Of a stretch of 64,000 bases of DNA, positions 1 through 13,120 are shown piece by piece. Positions within the stretch are counted from its first letter, which is position 1. Every line of letters begins with the position of its first letter. The stretch comes from a virus. Taxonomy: Duplodnaviria; Heunggongvirae; Uroviricota; Caudoviricetes. The notes beneath the pieces are model-generated. The model was not told the DNA's origin and did no database searches. It saw only the letters and a list, made by a program, of their open reading frames with translations. Location of the stretch: the IMG/VR virus record IMGVR_UViG_2778261533_000001, positions 1-64,000 of that record. The stretch is one strand, 5' to 3'. Position numbers and translations under genes: made by a program.

Positions 1-18
1 GGTACTGCGAATATTAAT

Positions 19-408
19 TTACCTGGTGTTAACGTTGCGGGTAATCAGAATACATCCGGTAACCGCGAGTTTCATCTCACCATATAACTGCTGGCAGATA
101 GCTGGATTGCTGAATACATCCAAAGGTTCACACTCAAACAGCGGTGCAATCTGCATGAGGTCCATCATGGTCATACCTGGGGTACGAGCGGTAATGAATC
201 TGCGCATGCCAGTATCCATTGTTCGCCAGATAGCTACACCATGCTTTTTGCTCACTTCTTCAGTAAAGCCAAGGTGGCACATGATGGTTTTTTCGATAGC
301 CAGATCAGAGATAGAAACCTTTTCGCCAGGTACACCATCATTATTGATGGTCACTTCGACACTCTGACCATTACGCAGGCGGTATTGAATTGCTTTAGTA
401 TTTTCCAC
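19..408 (-). CDS. hypothetical protein (129 aa)
   Basis: ORF track; same strand as and directly downstream of the 415..1092 gene; no recognisable motif. Confidence 0.35.
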   Translation of the reverse strand: MENTKAIQYRLRNGQSVEVTINNDGVPGEKVSISDLAIEKTIMCHLGFTEEVSKKHGVAIWRTMDTGMRRFITARTPGMTMMDLMQIAPLFECEPLDVFSNPAICQQLYGEMKLAVTGCILITRNVNTR

Positions 409-414
409 GTTAAA

Positions 415-1092
415 TCACTCCACTACAAACCAGTCACATGCCAGTAAGTCGCCTACAGAAGGAACCCACGGAACAACTACACCTTGTGCATTTTTTAAGG
501 CGAAATAAGCACCATACGGAACGAGGTCGCCGGGGAAATATCCCTTAATGGCTTCCATTCGTGCCGGGTACTGTCCTTCAGGAACCAGCCAGCAGAATTG
601 GTTTTCGCCGTTCCACCCGCGTCGGGCAACTTTCTTGCCATCCTTCAGCCACATCAGCGCGTCAGAAAAGTCGGCTGCTTCAAGGTCGATTTCTTCTTGT
701 AGAGTAGCGATACCGCCAGCAGAAATAGTTACGTCCCTGGCTGTAATGAATGTCACCCCATTGTGACCTTCAATGCTGAGCGATACCCCATTTTCGAAGA
801 AGTCGTTAGTCCGACTAAAGCCTTCTTCAAATGTTTTTTCTGGTGAATAGGACAGAGATCCGTCCTCATAAGCGACCAGATATCCGCCAATTTCTGGTCG
901 GTGTTTTTGCAAAAATATTTTATCAACATGGACTTTTACCCCTTCTGGCTCAACGACTTCGATGTTGCAAAAAAGGACCACATCCATTAGGGCGATAATT
1001 TCGATATCTTTGATTTTTGAGGCGCGAACTGTTTTATGGCTTTTGTATTTTGGAAGTGCCGTCAAAAGCTCTTTCGTTGTCATGTTATTCAT
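415..1092 (-). CDS. hypothetical protein with C-terminal DUF2829 (Tad2-like) domain
   Basis: ORF 415..1260 trimmed to ATG at 1090-1092 preceded by GAGGAAA RBS; C-terminus KDGKKVARRGWNGENQFCWLVPEG...DLLACDWFVVE resembles the DUF2829 signature. Confidence 0.5.
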   Translation of the reverse strand: MNNMTTKELLTALPKYKSHKTVRASKIKDIEIIALMDVVLFCNIEVVEPEGVKVHVDKIFLQKHRPEIGGYLVAYEDGSLSYSPEKTFEEGFSRTNDFFENGVSLSIEGHNGVTFITARDVTISAGGIATLQEEIDLEAADFSDALMWLKDGKKVARRGWNGENQFCWLVPEGQYPARMEAIKGYFPGDLVPYGAYFALKNAQGVVVPWVPSVGDLLACDWFVVE

Positions 1093-1289
1093 AGTCTTTC
1101 CTCTGCTTAAAACCTGATGTATTGCGCCTTCAGGTGGGTCAGGAATGTTTTCCCACCAGCGAACGCAATATCTCGGGGTGTTCTTTTCGTGAAAAGCGCG
1201 TGCCATTGCCAACTTTGGCGTTTGTTTGCGAGTTCGTGCTTTTGTCGGCGTCTGGACCACCGCTTTTCTTTCAGTCGTTTTTTACACAT

Positions 1290-1778
1290 TCAAAACGGAA
1301 TATCGTCGTCAAAGTCCATTGGAGGTTCGTTATTGGCGTTGCTCTGAGGTTTACCGCCACCACTGTATTGCTGGTGGTTTTGAGGTTGGTTTGATTGCCC
1401 CCAGCCATTTGAGGACTGTGAATCGTCACGGCGAGCGCCGATCATTTGCATGGTGCCGCCCTGGCTGACGATAATTTCCGTCGTGTAACGTTCTACACCG
1501 GCGTCATCTGTCCACTTACGGGTTTTAAGTTTCCCTTCGATGTAGACCTGAGAACCTTTTCGTAAATACTCACTCGCAATTTCAGCAAGTTTTCCGAACA
1601 AAACGACTTTATGCCATTCTGTTTGCTCTTTCTGTTGGCCCGTTTGCTTGGCGCGCCATGATTCATTCGTTGCGATGCTGAGTCTTCCGACCGCTCCGCC
1701 ATTTGGTATATACCTGATCTCCGGGTCTTGCCCCAGGGTACCAATCAGGATGACTTTGTTTACACCGCGTTGTGCCAC
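1290..1778 (-). CDS. ssb: single-stranded DNA-binding protein
   Basis: Near-collinear with E. coli SSB: N-terminal OB fold ([18 protein letters not shown]...[15 protein letters not shown]), Gly/Gln-rich linker, acidic tail DFDDDIPF. Confidence 0.92.
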   Translation of the reverse strand: MAQRGVNKVILIGTLGQDPEIRYIPNGGAVGRLSIATNESWRAKQTGQQKEQTEWHKVVLFGKLAEIASEYLRKGSQVYIEGKLKTRKWTDDAGVERYTTEIIVSQGGTMQMIGARRDDSQSSNGWGQSNQPQNHQQYSGGGKPQSNANNEPPMDFDDDIPF

Positions 1779-1947
1779 TTATCTTACCTAATAAAATAAA
1801 TTAATTAGAGCAATAATGTATATCTTTGAAACGTGGCTAACAAGTGATTTGCATTATCCTGTGCCTTCTAAAGGGATCGAGTCAGTCGGTATTGGCGGTG
1901 AATGAGTGTTTGTCCTGGAGCGTAAAAAATTCGCTTATGAGGTCTTT

Positions 1948-2505
1948 ATGAAGGGAAAAACAGCCGCAGGAGGCGGTGCAATTTGCGCTATCGCGGTGAT
2001 GATTACCATCGTGATGGGTAATGGCAATGTGCGAACCAACCAGGCGGGGCTTGAGCTGATTGGTAACGCTGAAGGTTGCCGACGTGATCCATACATGTGC
2101 CCGGCAGGGGTATGGACTGACGGGATCGGTAATACACACGGGGTAACGCCGGGTGTGCGAAAAACCGACCAGCAAATCGCCGCTGATTGGGAAAAGAATA
2201 TCCTGATCGCTGAACGCTGTATTAATCAGCACTTCCGGGGCAAAGACATGCCCGATAATGCCTTCAGTGCAATGACAAGCGCGGCATTCAATATGGGATG
2301 CAATAGCTTACGGACCTACTACAGCAAAGCGCGAGGCATGCGAGTAGAAACGTCCATCCACAAGTGGGCGCAGAAAGGGGAATGGGTGAATATGTGTAAC
2401 CATCTCCCTGATTTCGTGAACAGTAACGGCGTGCCCCTGCGAGGTTTAAAGATTCGCCGTGAAAAAGAACGCCAGCTTTGCCTGACGGGGCTTGTCAATG
2501 AATAA
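1948..2505 (+). CDS. lyz: SAR endolysin (P1 Lyz-type lysozyme, 185 aa)
   Basis: Starts MKGKTAAGGGAICAIAVMITIVMG (signal-anchor-release segment) followed by a T4-lysozyme-like catalytic region; ORF 1906..2505 trimmed to internal ATG. Confidence 0.9.
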   Translation: MKGKTAAGGGAICAIAVMITIVMGNGNVRTNQAGLELIGNAEGCRRDPYMCPAGVWTDGIGNTHGVTPGVRKTDQQIAADWEKNILIAERCINQHFRGKDMPDNAFSAMTSAAFNMGCNSLRTYYSKARGMRVETSIHKWAQKGEWVNMCNHLPDFVNSNGVPLRGLKIRREKERQLCLTGLVNE

Positions 2506-2752
2506 ACTCCGGCAGCTCCGCCGACTTTCGACAATGAAGTTATCGCTGGCGGCGATAGTTTTTGACTCGATTTTCATGGCGGTATATGTGCTCAATGAGA
2601 CGTGGCCACTGGAACCGCTATTGTATGCCGGGCTTCGGCTGTGCCTGACATTTTTGAGCATGGCTGCGAGATTGATGCAGCAGAAAGAAACCGCTTCAGA
2701 TTGTCCACGCCGCGCGGTGCGCAAATATATGGCACGCAGGCGAAGGCGATAA
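2498..2752 (+). CDS. small hydrophobic protein overlapping lyz stop (possible lysis accessory)
   Basis: ORF track 2492..2752; ATG at 2498 overlaps the lyz stop; two hydrophobic stretches, basic C-terminus. Confidence 0.3.
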   Translation: MNKLRQLRRLSTMKLSLAAIVFDSIFMAVYVLNETWPLEPLLYAGLRLCLTFLSMAARLMQQKETASDCPRRAVRKYMARRRRR

Positions 2753-2764
2753 TAGTTAACGAGA

Positions 2765-2792
2765 ACCCCGGCAGCTGCCGGGGTTATTTTTG
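2765..2792. terminator. GC hairpin CCCCGGCAGCTGCCGGGG plus T tract between convergent lyz and pro
   Basis: Perfect palindrome followed by TTATTTTT, read directly. Confidence 0.6.
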
Positions 2793-2796
2793 GTGG

Positions 2797-5527
<2,731 letters not shown>

Positions 5528-5594
5528 TTAATTAGAATAATTCGCATCGTGTTTGAACGGAAATTTAACACTAGTCACTTGTTAAGGATTACCA

Positions 5595-8500
5595 ATGAAC
5601 AAGCTATCTATGGGGGTGTTTCGCTGTTCAAGTGTCAGCGAAATATTGAAATACATTAGGGCAATAACATCTCACCGAGCGCCGATTAAATACGGCGTGG
5701 AAAAGGTGGAAGGCAAAAGCTATGACCGACTGCGCCGTGAGGCGAATCAGAAGGCGATAGATTTGCTTAATTCGCTGGTGGACGGCGCGACACTGACAGA
5801 TGAACAGCGCCAGATCCTGGCTGGGTACACCGGTGAAGGCGGCATTGGCGGGTCCGTCTCCGAATATTACACACCAAAGCCGATCGCTGAAGGTGTCTGG
5901 GAGATCATGAAGCTCTACGGCGCGGACGTAGGTAACACTCTGGAACCATCGGCGGGAACCGGCGTTTTTAATGAGACAAAACCGGTTGGTACGGTGATGA
6001 CCGCGACTGAGATCAGCAGTGTTTCCGGTCGTATAAACCAGCTGTTGCACCCGGAAGACAGCGTACAGATTTCTCCGTTCGAACAACTGGCTGTAAGCAC
6101 GCCTAACGATTCATTCGACCATGTTGTGGGTAACGTTCCGTTCGGTGGTCGTGATAACACACGCAACATCGATAAGCCTTACGCAGAAGAAACGGACATG
6201 GGTTCTTACTTCATGCTCCGCATGCTGGACAAGATAAAGCCAGGCGGATTCATGTGCGTGATTGTGCCGCCGTCCATTGTTTCAGGTTCAAACATGAAGC
6301 GGTTACGCCTGCGCCTATCACGGAAAGCTGAATTTCTTGGTGCCCACCGCTTGCCTACCGGTACTTTTGACGCAAACGGGACCAGTACAGTTGTTGATGT
6401 GGTGCTGATGCGCAAACATCCGGCAGAGATGGCTGAGAAAATCCCCCTGGTGGATGAAAGCACTCTCGAATCGGCAAATGTGCTTTGGCCAACGTTTATT
6501 TCTGGCAAGTGGTTTGAAAAGGACGGCCGCCGGTTTGTTCATGGCACCCAGGAAAAGGGCTTCCAGGGGCGTATTGAGGTTCGTGCCGACGGTCAGATTG
6601 ATAACCAGGCTCTTAAAGCGAAGCTGATTCATCGTTTCGAAAGCCGTATCGACTGGTCTTTGCTCGATATGGCTGAACCGTCACCGACCGCAGACGTTGT
6701 TGGTGAAGGGGAAATGCGCCTGATTAATGGCGTATGGCAAAAATATGCTGGTGGTCGCTGGATTGAAGCTGATGCCGGGAAGGAACTTAAGATCGATGCT
6801 GCCAGTTATGGCGCGGATAGCTGGGAGGCTCTTCAGCGTAACCTGACTACAACAGAAGGCCGTCTCGGCATGACATTTACCCAGATGGCAAATGTCCGCG
6901 ATAAGTACACCACATCAATCAGCGACGATATGGTGCAGCTGGTGGACTGGATTAACAGCCAGCCTGAAAAATACCGTGAACGCTTGTATCGCGGGGCGAT
7001 GATTGGCCGGATGTTAATTGAATATCAGGACATGAAGGCCGCCGGGCATAGTGCTGAACAAATCGAACAGCAGCGCCTTTCTCTGGTATCCCGTTTGCAG
7101 GCAGAGATTGACCGTTTTGGTAACCCCGGTCGCGGTCCGATAGCGAAATTGTCGGGGAGCGGTGCGCGCGCCTGGTTTGCTTTCCGTGGTGCAATTAAGC
7201 TGGATGGCACTATTTCTGACGAGCTGACAGGGAAGCTGGTTACGCATGATTCCAGCGCAAGTTATGACTCCACCAGCTATCAGGACACCCTGCGTTATCT
7301 CTATAGCGATCTCACCCGCGATCCAATCCAGCTCGATGATTTCCGCCTTGCGTTTACCGGCGAACTGCCAGCCAGTGATGAAGAGTTGCTTAATTTATTG
7401 GCCAGCACCCCTGGTATTGCGGTTTCACCGTATGGCGGGATTGTTCCGTTCGCCCGCGCCACCAGCGGCGACATTAACGAGATAGTGGCTCCAAAACAGG
7501 AATTCCTCGCCACACTCCCCGACGGTCCAGTAAAGAACAACGTCCTTAATCAGCTGGCAGCTATCGAAGAGAAGCGCATCAAGACGCCAGCAGAGAATAT
7601 CCGGTTTAAGCTCAATAGCCGTTGGTTCGACCGTTCCGTCATTCTGGAATTTTTGCAGGAAAACGGCTATCCGGATCTGCGCTATGTGCAGTCAGTGCAG
7701 CTGGAAGGCGACGAAATGGTTTCTGACACCTATCACGGTGGTGATGGTCTGTTCGTCGGGCACCGATACGGTGTCGTCCAGCGCAAGGATAAAGAAACAG
7801 GTGAGATTCGCTACGAGTGGGACCGTAAATCAGGTGAAAACGCGACCGGGTTCCCGGCACAGCTGGAAAAGTATCTCAATGGTGCGCGTATCGGTGGCAA
7901 AGATAGCGCGACGGCGAACGGCTACCGCGAGCAGATGGCACTGCTTGAGGACCAGTTCAATAAGTGGATCAAGACGCACGATCGCTACGATGAGCTGGTT
8001 GCCAAATACAACGATGTGTTCAATAGCAATATCCCGTATGAACACTCTGGCGATCCGCTTGGGTTGAAGGGATTAAGCGGTAAGCGCCAGCCATTTGATT
8101 ACCAGAATAGCGAGGTGCGCCGACTGTCCGAAGATGGGCGCGGCATCCTGGGCTTCGGCACCGGGCTGGGTAAAACCACGACCGCGCTGGCGCTTGAGGC
8201 GTTCAACTATGAGAACGGTCGCTCCACCCGTACTGCGTATGTAGTGCCTAAATCAGTGCTGGAAAACTGGTATTACGAAGCAAAAGAATTCCTGAGTGAA
8301 GAGGCATTCAGTAACTACCTGTTCGTCGGTCTTGATGTGCTGATGGATGGCGATCAGATTCGCCAGGTGCAGGTGCTCGATGAGAACGGTAAACCTGTTC
8401 TTGGTACTGATGGCACTCCAGTTATGCGCGATGCTCTTAAGCTGGCAGATGAAGCCACTATCACGGCGCGGATGAACGCGATCCCGCACTCAAATTACCG

Positions 8501-11500
8501 TGCAGTCGTGTTTACCAAAGAACAATACGCCCGCATTCCGCTACGTGATGACACCGTAGATGAGCATGCACAGGATATGCTTTATGACTTCGTTGCCGCC
8601 GGACGCGTAGCCAGCGCAATGGACTCCGACTCCCACCGCAAAGAGGCCGCGCGTCGCCGGGTATTGTCGGAGTATTCAGATACCGGCACCGAAAAAGCAG
8701 AGAAGTATCCGTACTTTGAGGATATGGGCTTCGATAGTGTGATCGCTGACGAAGGTCACAACTACCGCAATAGCTATAAAAATGGTCGCGAAGCGTCACA
8801 ACTGGCCTATCTGCCCACCAGCGCGGTGGCGCAATCGGCGCGAGATATGGCAATTAAAAACGCGTACCTGATGAAAAAGAATGGCGGGCGCGGGCCGGTT
8901 CTCCTGACTGCAACGCCAGTCGTTAACACCCCGATCGATGCATACAACATGCTTTCTCATGTTCTGCCGAAGGAATACTGGCAGAACATGGGGATCTACG
9001 GTCCTGATGACTTCGTTAAATTCTTCGGTAAGACCAGGCTGGAAACGGTACAGAAAATCAGCGGTGAAGTTGAAGAAAAAATGGCGCTGGTGGGCTTTGA
9101 AAACCTTGATGCGCTGCGCGGTATATTCCATCGCTGGGTAACGCTTAAAACGGCGGAAGACGTTAAGGATACCGTGGAGATCCCGGAGCTGGACGAACAC
9201 CAGCAGGATGCACCACTTACTGAAGAACAACTGGCGGCGTATGAAGAATTGCGTCAGCAGGCGGAAGCGGCGGCAAAAGCCAACAATGGCGTAACGACCT
9301 CGGTCAATGAAGACGGCGTGATTGAGCACGAGAAAGCCCGTCCGATCTTCTCAATAATCAGGGATATGGACCGCGTATGTACTGACATGGACCTGTACTA
9401 TCGCCGGATCACCTATCGTTTCCTGCCGGAGTATGCCGATGCGGTGCAGCAGCTGGCGGACAGTTTGCCTAAACAAGCCACCAGCGAAGACGACGACAGT
9501 GATGATTCAATCACGCAGCAATCGCAATACTCCCTGATAGATAAGGGCGAGTTTATTCAGTTGCAGGTTCCGGAAGCGTTCGAGCAGGAAGTGAATAAGC
9601 GCCTGGCCAGGTTTGGCATTGACGAACAGACCGTAACTCACCCCGTTACGCCCAAATACGCGAAGCTGATCGCCACGCTGAAGGAGTTTTTCCCGGAAGG
9701 TAAGCAAATCATCTTCACCGATGAAAAAACGCAGCACCAGAAGCTCAAGCGCATTATCTGCAATGCTCTAAACCTTGAACCTTCAAAGGTGGGGATCCTG
9801 AATGCTCAGACGGTTGCCGAGGCAGGTAAAACCGGTAAGAAACTGAAAGCGGTTAAACCGCCGAAAGAGCTACCGGATGAACCAACAGATGCACAGATAG
9901 CGAAATACAACGAGCAAATGGCTCTGTATGACGCCTATATCGCGCAGCAAAATGAAATGTCGTTGGGCGGTCTGGAAAAGATTGCAGCCGACTTCCAGGA
10001 GGGCCGGACTCCGATCATCATCTGCAACAAAAAGGCAGAGGTGGGTATCAACCTGCATCGAGGAACGACGGATATCCACCACCTGACGTTGCCGTGGACA
10101 CCAGCCAGTATCGCACAGCGTAACGGTCGCGGTGCCCGAGTTGGTTCCAACCGTGCAAGCGTTCGCGTTCACTACTACTGCGGCAAGGGGTCTTTCGATG
10201 AATACCGACTGAAGACGCTGAAGCGTAAAGCAGGCTGGATCTCCGATATCCTCCGTTCAGATAAGTCAGAAATGGAGAACGCCGACGCCAATGACATGAT
10301 CGAAATGCAGATGTATACCGCGAAGGATGACGGCGAACGTCTGGCAATGATGCAGGTTCAAATGGATAAGGCGAAAGCTGCGAAACGCGCTCGCCAGAAA
10401 GAACAGGCTACTATCGACCTTCAGAACTACATCAAGGCGCAGCACGCAGCTGGCGAGGATGTGGAGGTACTTACCGCTGAATTAGAACGAAGCAAAGCGG
10501 AACTTGAAAAGACCACCGCCGAGGTAGCTAAATTCAAACAGGCGGCAATGGCCAAGGCAGCGGATAACGCAGACTGGAAGGCCCGCTGGGGGAGTGTCCA
10601 TCACACAGACCGTATGTTGTTAGCACAGTATCGCGCGTCGTTGAAAAGCGCCATTCAGCGCAAGGCTAATATCTCTCAGGCCATCTCCCGCTATGAGAAA
10701 TTATTGAACCGTACTCAGAAGGCCGCGACGGATATCAAACGCCTGCGCCCGATGGTGGAGGATGCAATAAATAAAGGCATTCTGGATGTTGATCCTGATC
10801 TGGTTAACCATGCGAATGAGTTCCTTGTTATCGGCGATCGCTCATGGCGTGTAGGCCAATACTACGATTGTGCCGGTGATATCGTTCGCATTAAGTCGCT
10901 GGACTTCGACAGCCAGCGCGCAGACGTGGAGATCATCTTTACCTTCAAAGGCACCAAATCGGGTAACTGGGATGTGAAGACGCTGGATAAACAGGTTGAT
11001 GTAACTCCCGATGAAGATGCTGTTATGCAGAAAATCAGTGGTGGCGTCTCCATCGCCGGGATTAACGACATCATTTCCTGTGACGATTTCTACCGTTTCC
11101 AGCAGCGCGGCATGATCAAAATCACTGACTCATACGGCGTTCAGACTACAGAGTCAGGCTATAGCATTGATTTTGTTGGTACCTATACGGCCCCACTGAA
11201 GCATGCGGTTTACCCGGATCGCCGTGACGGCGCGCTGAAGTCGTCAATTGCAAAATGGGTGCTTGGTATGATGTCGGAAGGGAATAACCGCCAGATCCGT
11301 TCGGCAGAAACATTCCTGGTTGAATTGTTTGGCTCCAATTATGGCGATGTAATCGCGTCATACGGAGATACGCTATCCCCTGAAGCAATTCAGGAGAAAA
11401 TAGTGGATGCGATCGCAAAAATGCCGGAGAAAACAAGCCAGGGGGCTACTCGTAACGGGGATTCTGAACTTGAGGTCACCAATGCCATTTTCGGTACCCA

Positions 11501-12362
11501 TGAGTTCCGGGCGTCAGATTATGAGATCACCACAGCACAGTTTGGCACTATTGGCATTTACAGCAATAAAGCCGAGATCAAGCAGGCAATGGACGCAGCA
11601 AGCGCGCGCATCGCAGCAGAACGGGAAGCCAATCTGAATCATGCAGTCGCCGCACTGACTCAATCGTGGGTAACAGCAATCAGGGAGGCCGCCACCACAG
11701 GGAAAATCACACCTGCAATTGCGGATGTCGTAAACGACGGCTCTAAATTTATGGATGCCTATCAAATGGATGCGGTGCAGTTGCCATCAGCCTATGGCCA
11801 ACTCAGCTATCGCATGACCTACAACCTGGTATCAATGTTTTCCGACCTTGCCATCCTTGGGCTGGTGGACCTTAACGAGGTTACGCCGGAATTGCTCAGC
11901 ATGCGCAAGAATCATGTGGAGATATTGCACAGAATTAACACGGTACTTTCCGGGCGCACCGATGAAGAGAAACAGGCCGACGCTGATCGGATAAACCTGG
12001 CCCTTGGCAACATCACGGAGGAAGAAATTGCCGCCAGAAACGAGAAACAAGAAGAGTTATCATCAATACAGGGTGATGCCACCAGCATAGCTCAGTCTCT
12101 TGGTCTGAATTATCGCGTATCCACCGCCGATCTGAAGATGATGTACGCACCAAAATTCGCCGCTGGCGAGGTATTTGGGCTTCAGGAAGCCTCAGGCATG
12201 AAAGGCGTTCTTTTCCGTGCGAAAGACGCAATCAAGGCGAAATTCGGCGCTCGCTGGCTGCCAGCGAAGGCGAAGAACAGCGATTTCCCGGGTAACTGGT
12301 GGATTATCGAGACAAAACACAACGTGGCGGACGTTCTGGCCGTCATCCAACAATACGCATAA
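5595..12362 (+). CDS. darB: DarB antirestriction protein, N6-adenine methyltransferase-helicase fusion (2255 aa)
   Basis: 2255-aa ORF; N-terminal MTase motif HVVGNVPFGG; helicase Walker A GFGTGLGKTT and DEGH box VIADEGHNYRN; length matches P1 DarB. Confidence 0.9.
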   Translation: MNKLSMGVFRCSSVSEILKYIRAITSHRAPIKYGVEKVEGKSYDRLRREANQKAIDLLNSLVDGATLTDEQRQILAGYTGEGGIGGSVSEYYTPKPIAEGVWEIMKLYGADVGNTLEPSAGTGVFNETKPVGTVMTATEISSVSGRINQLLHPEDSVQISPFEQLAVSTPNDSFDHVVGNVPFGGRDNTRNIDKPYAEETDMGSYFMLRMLDKIKPGGFMCVIVPPSIVSGSNMKRLRLRLSRKAEFLGAHRLPTGTFDANGTSTVVDVVLMRKHPAEMAEKIPLVDESTLESANVLWPTFISGKWFEKDGRRFVHGTQEKGFQGRIEVRADGQIDNQALKAKLIHRFESRIDWSLLDMAEPSPTADVVGEGEMRLINGVWQKYAGGRWIEADAGKELKIDAASYGADSWEALQRNLTTTEGRLGMTFTQMANVRDKYTTSISDDMVQLVDWINSQPEKYRERLYRGAMIGRMLIEYQDMKAAGHSAEQIEQQRLSLVSRLQAEIDRFGNPGRGPIAKLSGSGARAWFAFRGAIKLDGTISDELTGKLVTHDSSASYDSTSYQDTLRYLYSDLTRDPIQLDDFRLAFTGELPASDEELLNLLASTPGIAVSPYGGIVPFARATSGDINEIVAPKQEFLATLPDGPVKNNVLNQLAAIEEKRIKTPAENIRFKLNSRWFDRSVILEFLQENGYPDLRYVQSVQLEGDEMVSDTYHGGDGLFVGHRYGVVQRKDKETGEIRYEWDRKSGENATGFPAQLEKYLNGARIGGKDSATANGYREQMALLEDQFNKWIKTHDRYDELVAKYNDVFNSNIPYEHSGDPLGLKGLSGKRQPFDYQNSEVRRLSEDGRGILGFGTGLGKTTTALALEAFNYENGRSTRTAYVVPKSVLENWYYEAKEFLSEEAFSNYLFVGLDVLMDGDQIRQVQVLDENGKPVLGTDGTPVMRDALKLADEATITARMNAIPHSNYRAVVFTKEQYARIPLRDDTVDEHAQDMLYDFVAAGRVASAMDSDSHRKEAARRRVLSEYSDTGTEKAEKYPYFEDMGFDSVIADEGHNYRNSYKNGREASQLAYLPTSAVAQSARDMAIKNAYLMKKNGGRGPVLLTATPVVNTPIDAYNMLSHVLPKEYWQNMGIYGPDDFVKFFGKTRLETVQKISGEVEEKMALVGFENLDALRGIFHRWVTLKTAEDVKDTVEIPELDEHQQDAPLTEEQLAAYEELRQQAEAAAKANNGVTTSVNEDGVIEHEKARPIFSIIRDMDRVCTDMDLYYRRITYRFLPEYADAVQQLADSLPKQATSEDDDSDDSITQQSQYSLIDKGEFIQLQVPEAFEQEVNKRLARFGIDEQTVTHPVTPKYAKLIATLKEFFPEGKQIIFTDEKTQHQKLKRIICNALNLEPSKVGILNAQTVAEAGKTGKKLKAVKPPKELPDEPTDAQIAKYNEQMALYDAYIAQQNEMSLGGLEKIAADFQEGRTPIIICNKKAEVGINLHRGTTDIHHLTLPWTPASIAQRNGRGARVGSNRASVRVHYYCGKGSFDEYRLKTLKRKAGWISDILRSDKSEMENADANDMIEMQMYTAKDDGERLAMMQVQMDKAKAAKRARQKEQATIDLQNYIKAQHAAGEDVEVLTAELERSKAELEKTTAEVAKFKQAAMAKAADNADWKARWGSVHHTDRMLLAQYRASLKSAIQRKANISQAISRYEKLLNRTQKAATDIKRLRPMVEDAINKGILDVDPDLVNHANEFLVIGDRSWRVGQYYDCAGDIVRIKSLDFDSQRADVEIIFTFKGTKSGNWDVKTLDKQVDVTPDEDAVMQKISGGVSIAGINDIISCDDFYRFQQRGMIKITDSYGVQTTESGYSIDFVGTYTAPLKHAVYPDRRDGALKSSIAKWVLGMMSEGNNRQIRSAETFLVELFGSNYGDVIASYGDTLSPEAIQEKIVDAIAKMPEKTSQGATRNGDSELEVTNAIFGTHEFRASDYEITTAQFGTIGIYSNKAEIKQAMDAASARIAAEREANLNHAVAALTQSWVTAIREAATTGKITPAIADVVNDGSKFMDAYQMDAVQLPSAYGQLSYRMTYNLVSMFSDLAILGLVDLNEVTPELLSMRKNHVEILHRINTVLSGRTDEEKQADADRINLALGNITEEEIAARNEKQEELSSIQGDATSIAQSLGLNYRVSTADLKMMYAPKFAAGEVFGLQEASGMKGVLFRAKDAIKAKFGARWLPAKAKNSDFPGNWWIIETKHNVADVLAVIQQYA

Positions 12363-12395
12363 CAGGAGCGCCCGGTTCGCCGGGCGTCGCATAAT

Positions 12396-12836
12396 ATGGC
12401 CACACTATCTGATACAATAAAACCGAATAAAACATATCTTGAGGCGGTACTGCGTACGGCGTTGTTAGGAAAGACAGAAGACGAATACGTTGATTTCTTC
12501 CTGTCAGGGCTACGCGGGCGATTACTGAAAAATCCCCGCCTGTACCGCAGCTATGGTCCATACTGGCCGGAAATTAAAAAATTATTACTGGAGCGCGGTT
12601 ATGGTAATTTCGGTCGTCTCGTTGACCGTGACGTTCGCAAAATTTACCGTTATGACCGCCCGGCGCTAACACTCATAGCCGCTACGCTCTACAGCCAGGA
12701 GCGTTTTGATAATGGTCAGATATACTCAGCCTGGCATTTACTGCCAGTGCCTGAAGAAGTTGACGACCAGGACTATGAGTTTGAGTCTTATGATTTGGAA
12801 GTTGAAGCCTTGGCACAGGCTGGAGAGAAAACTTGA
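12396..12836 (+). CDS. ulx: Ulx-like protein (146 aa)
   Basis: Assigned by position downstream of darB and upstream of lxc. Confidence 0.55.
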   Translation: MATLSDTIKPNKTYLEAVLRTALLGKTEDEYVDFFLSGLRGRLLKNPRLYRSYGPYWPEIKKLLLERGYGNFGRLVDRDVRKIYRYDRPALTLIAATLYSQERFDNGQIYSAWHLLPVPEEVDDQDYEFESYDLEVEALAQAGEKT

Positions 12837-13081
12837 AAAAGCGATACTACACAGTAAAGCATGGGACGTTACGAGCATTACAAGAGTTTGCTGACAAGCA
12901 TAACGTTGAGGTGCGCAGGGAAGGGGGAAGTAAAGCTCTGCGCATGTACCGTCCGGACGGGAAATGGCGTACGGTCGTCGATTTCAAAACTAACAGTGTT
13001 CCCCAGGGCGTCCGCGATCGGGCATTCGAAGAATGGGAGCAGATCATCATAGATAACGCATTGCTCCTGAATGCTGATTAA
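12833..13081 (+). CDS. lxc: Lxc/Bof-like modulator of C1 repression (82 aa)
   Basis: Small basic protein, start overlaps ulx stop; assigned by position. Confidence 0.55.
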   Translation: MKKRYYTVKHGTLRALQEFADKHNVEVRREGGSKALRMYRPDGKWRTVVDFKTNSVPQGVRDRAFEEWEQIIIDNALLLNAD

Positions 13082-13096
13082 ACTTTCCGCCCTTTT

Positions 13097-13115
13097 GCCC
13101 GGTCTATCGCCGGGC
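13097..13115. terminator. hairpin GCCCGGTCTATCGCCGGGC between convergent lxc and mat
   Basis: Inverted repeat read directly; weak flanking T tract. Confidence 0.4.
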
Positions 13116-13120
13116 ATCTT

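Noticed and set aside
1107-1468. Small ORFs overlapping the ssb 3' end and the 415..1092 gene start
   Set aside because: Overlap better-supported genes in other frames; no RBS.
5628-11765. Numerous 60-180-aa ORFs on the minus strand inside darB
   Set aside because: Antisense to a 2255-aa gene with clear helicase and methyltransferase motifs; typical spurious ORFs.
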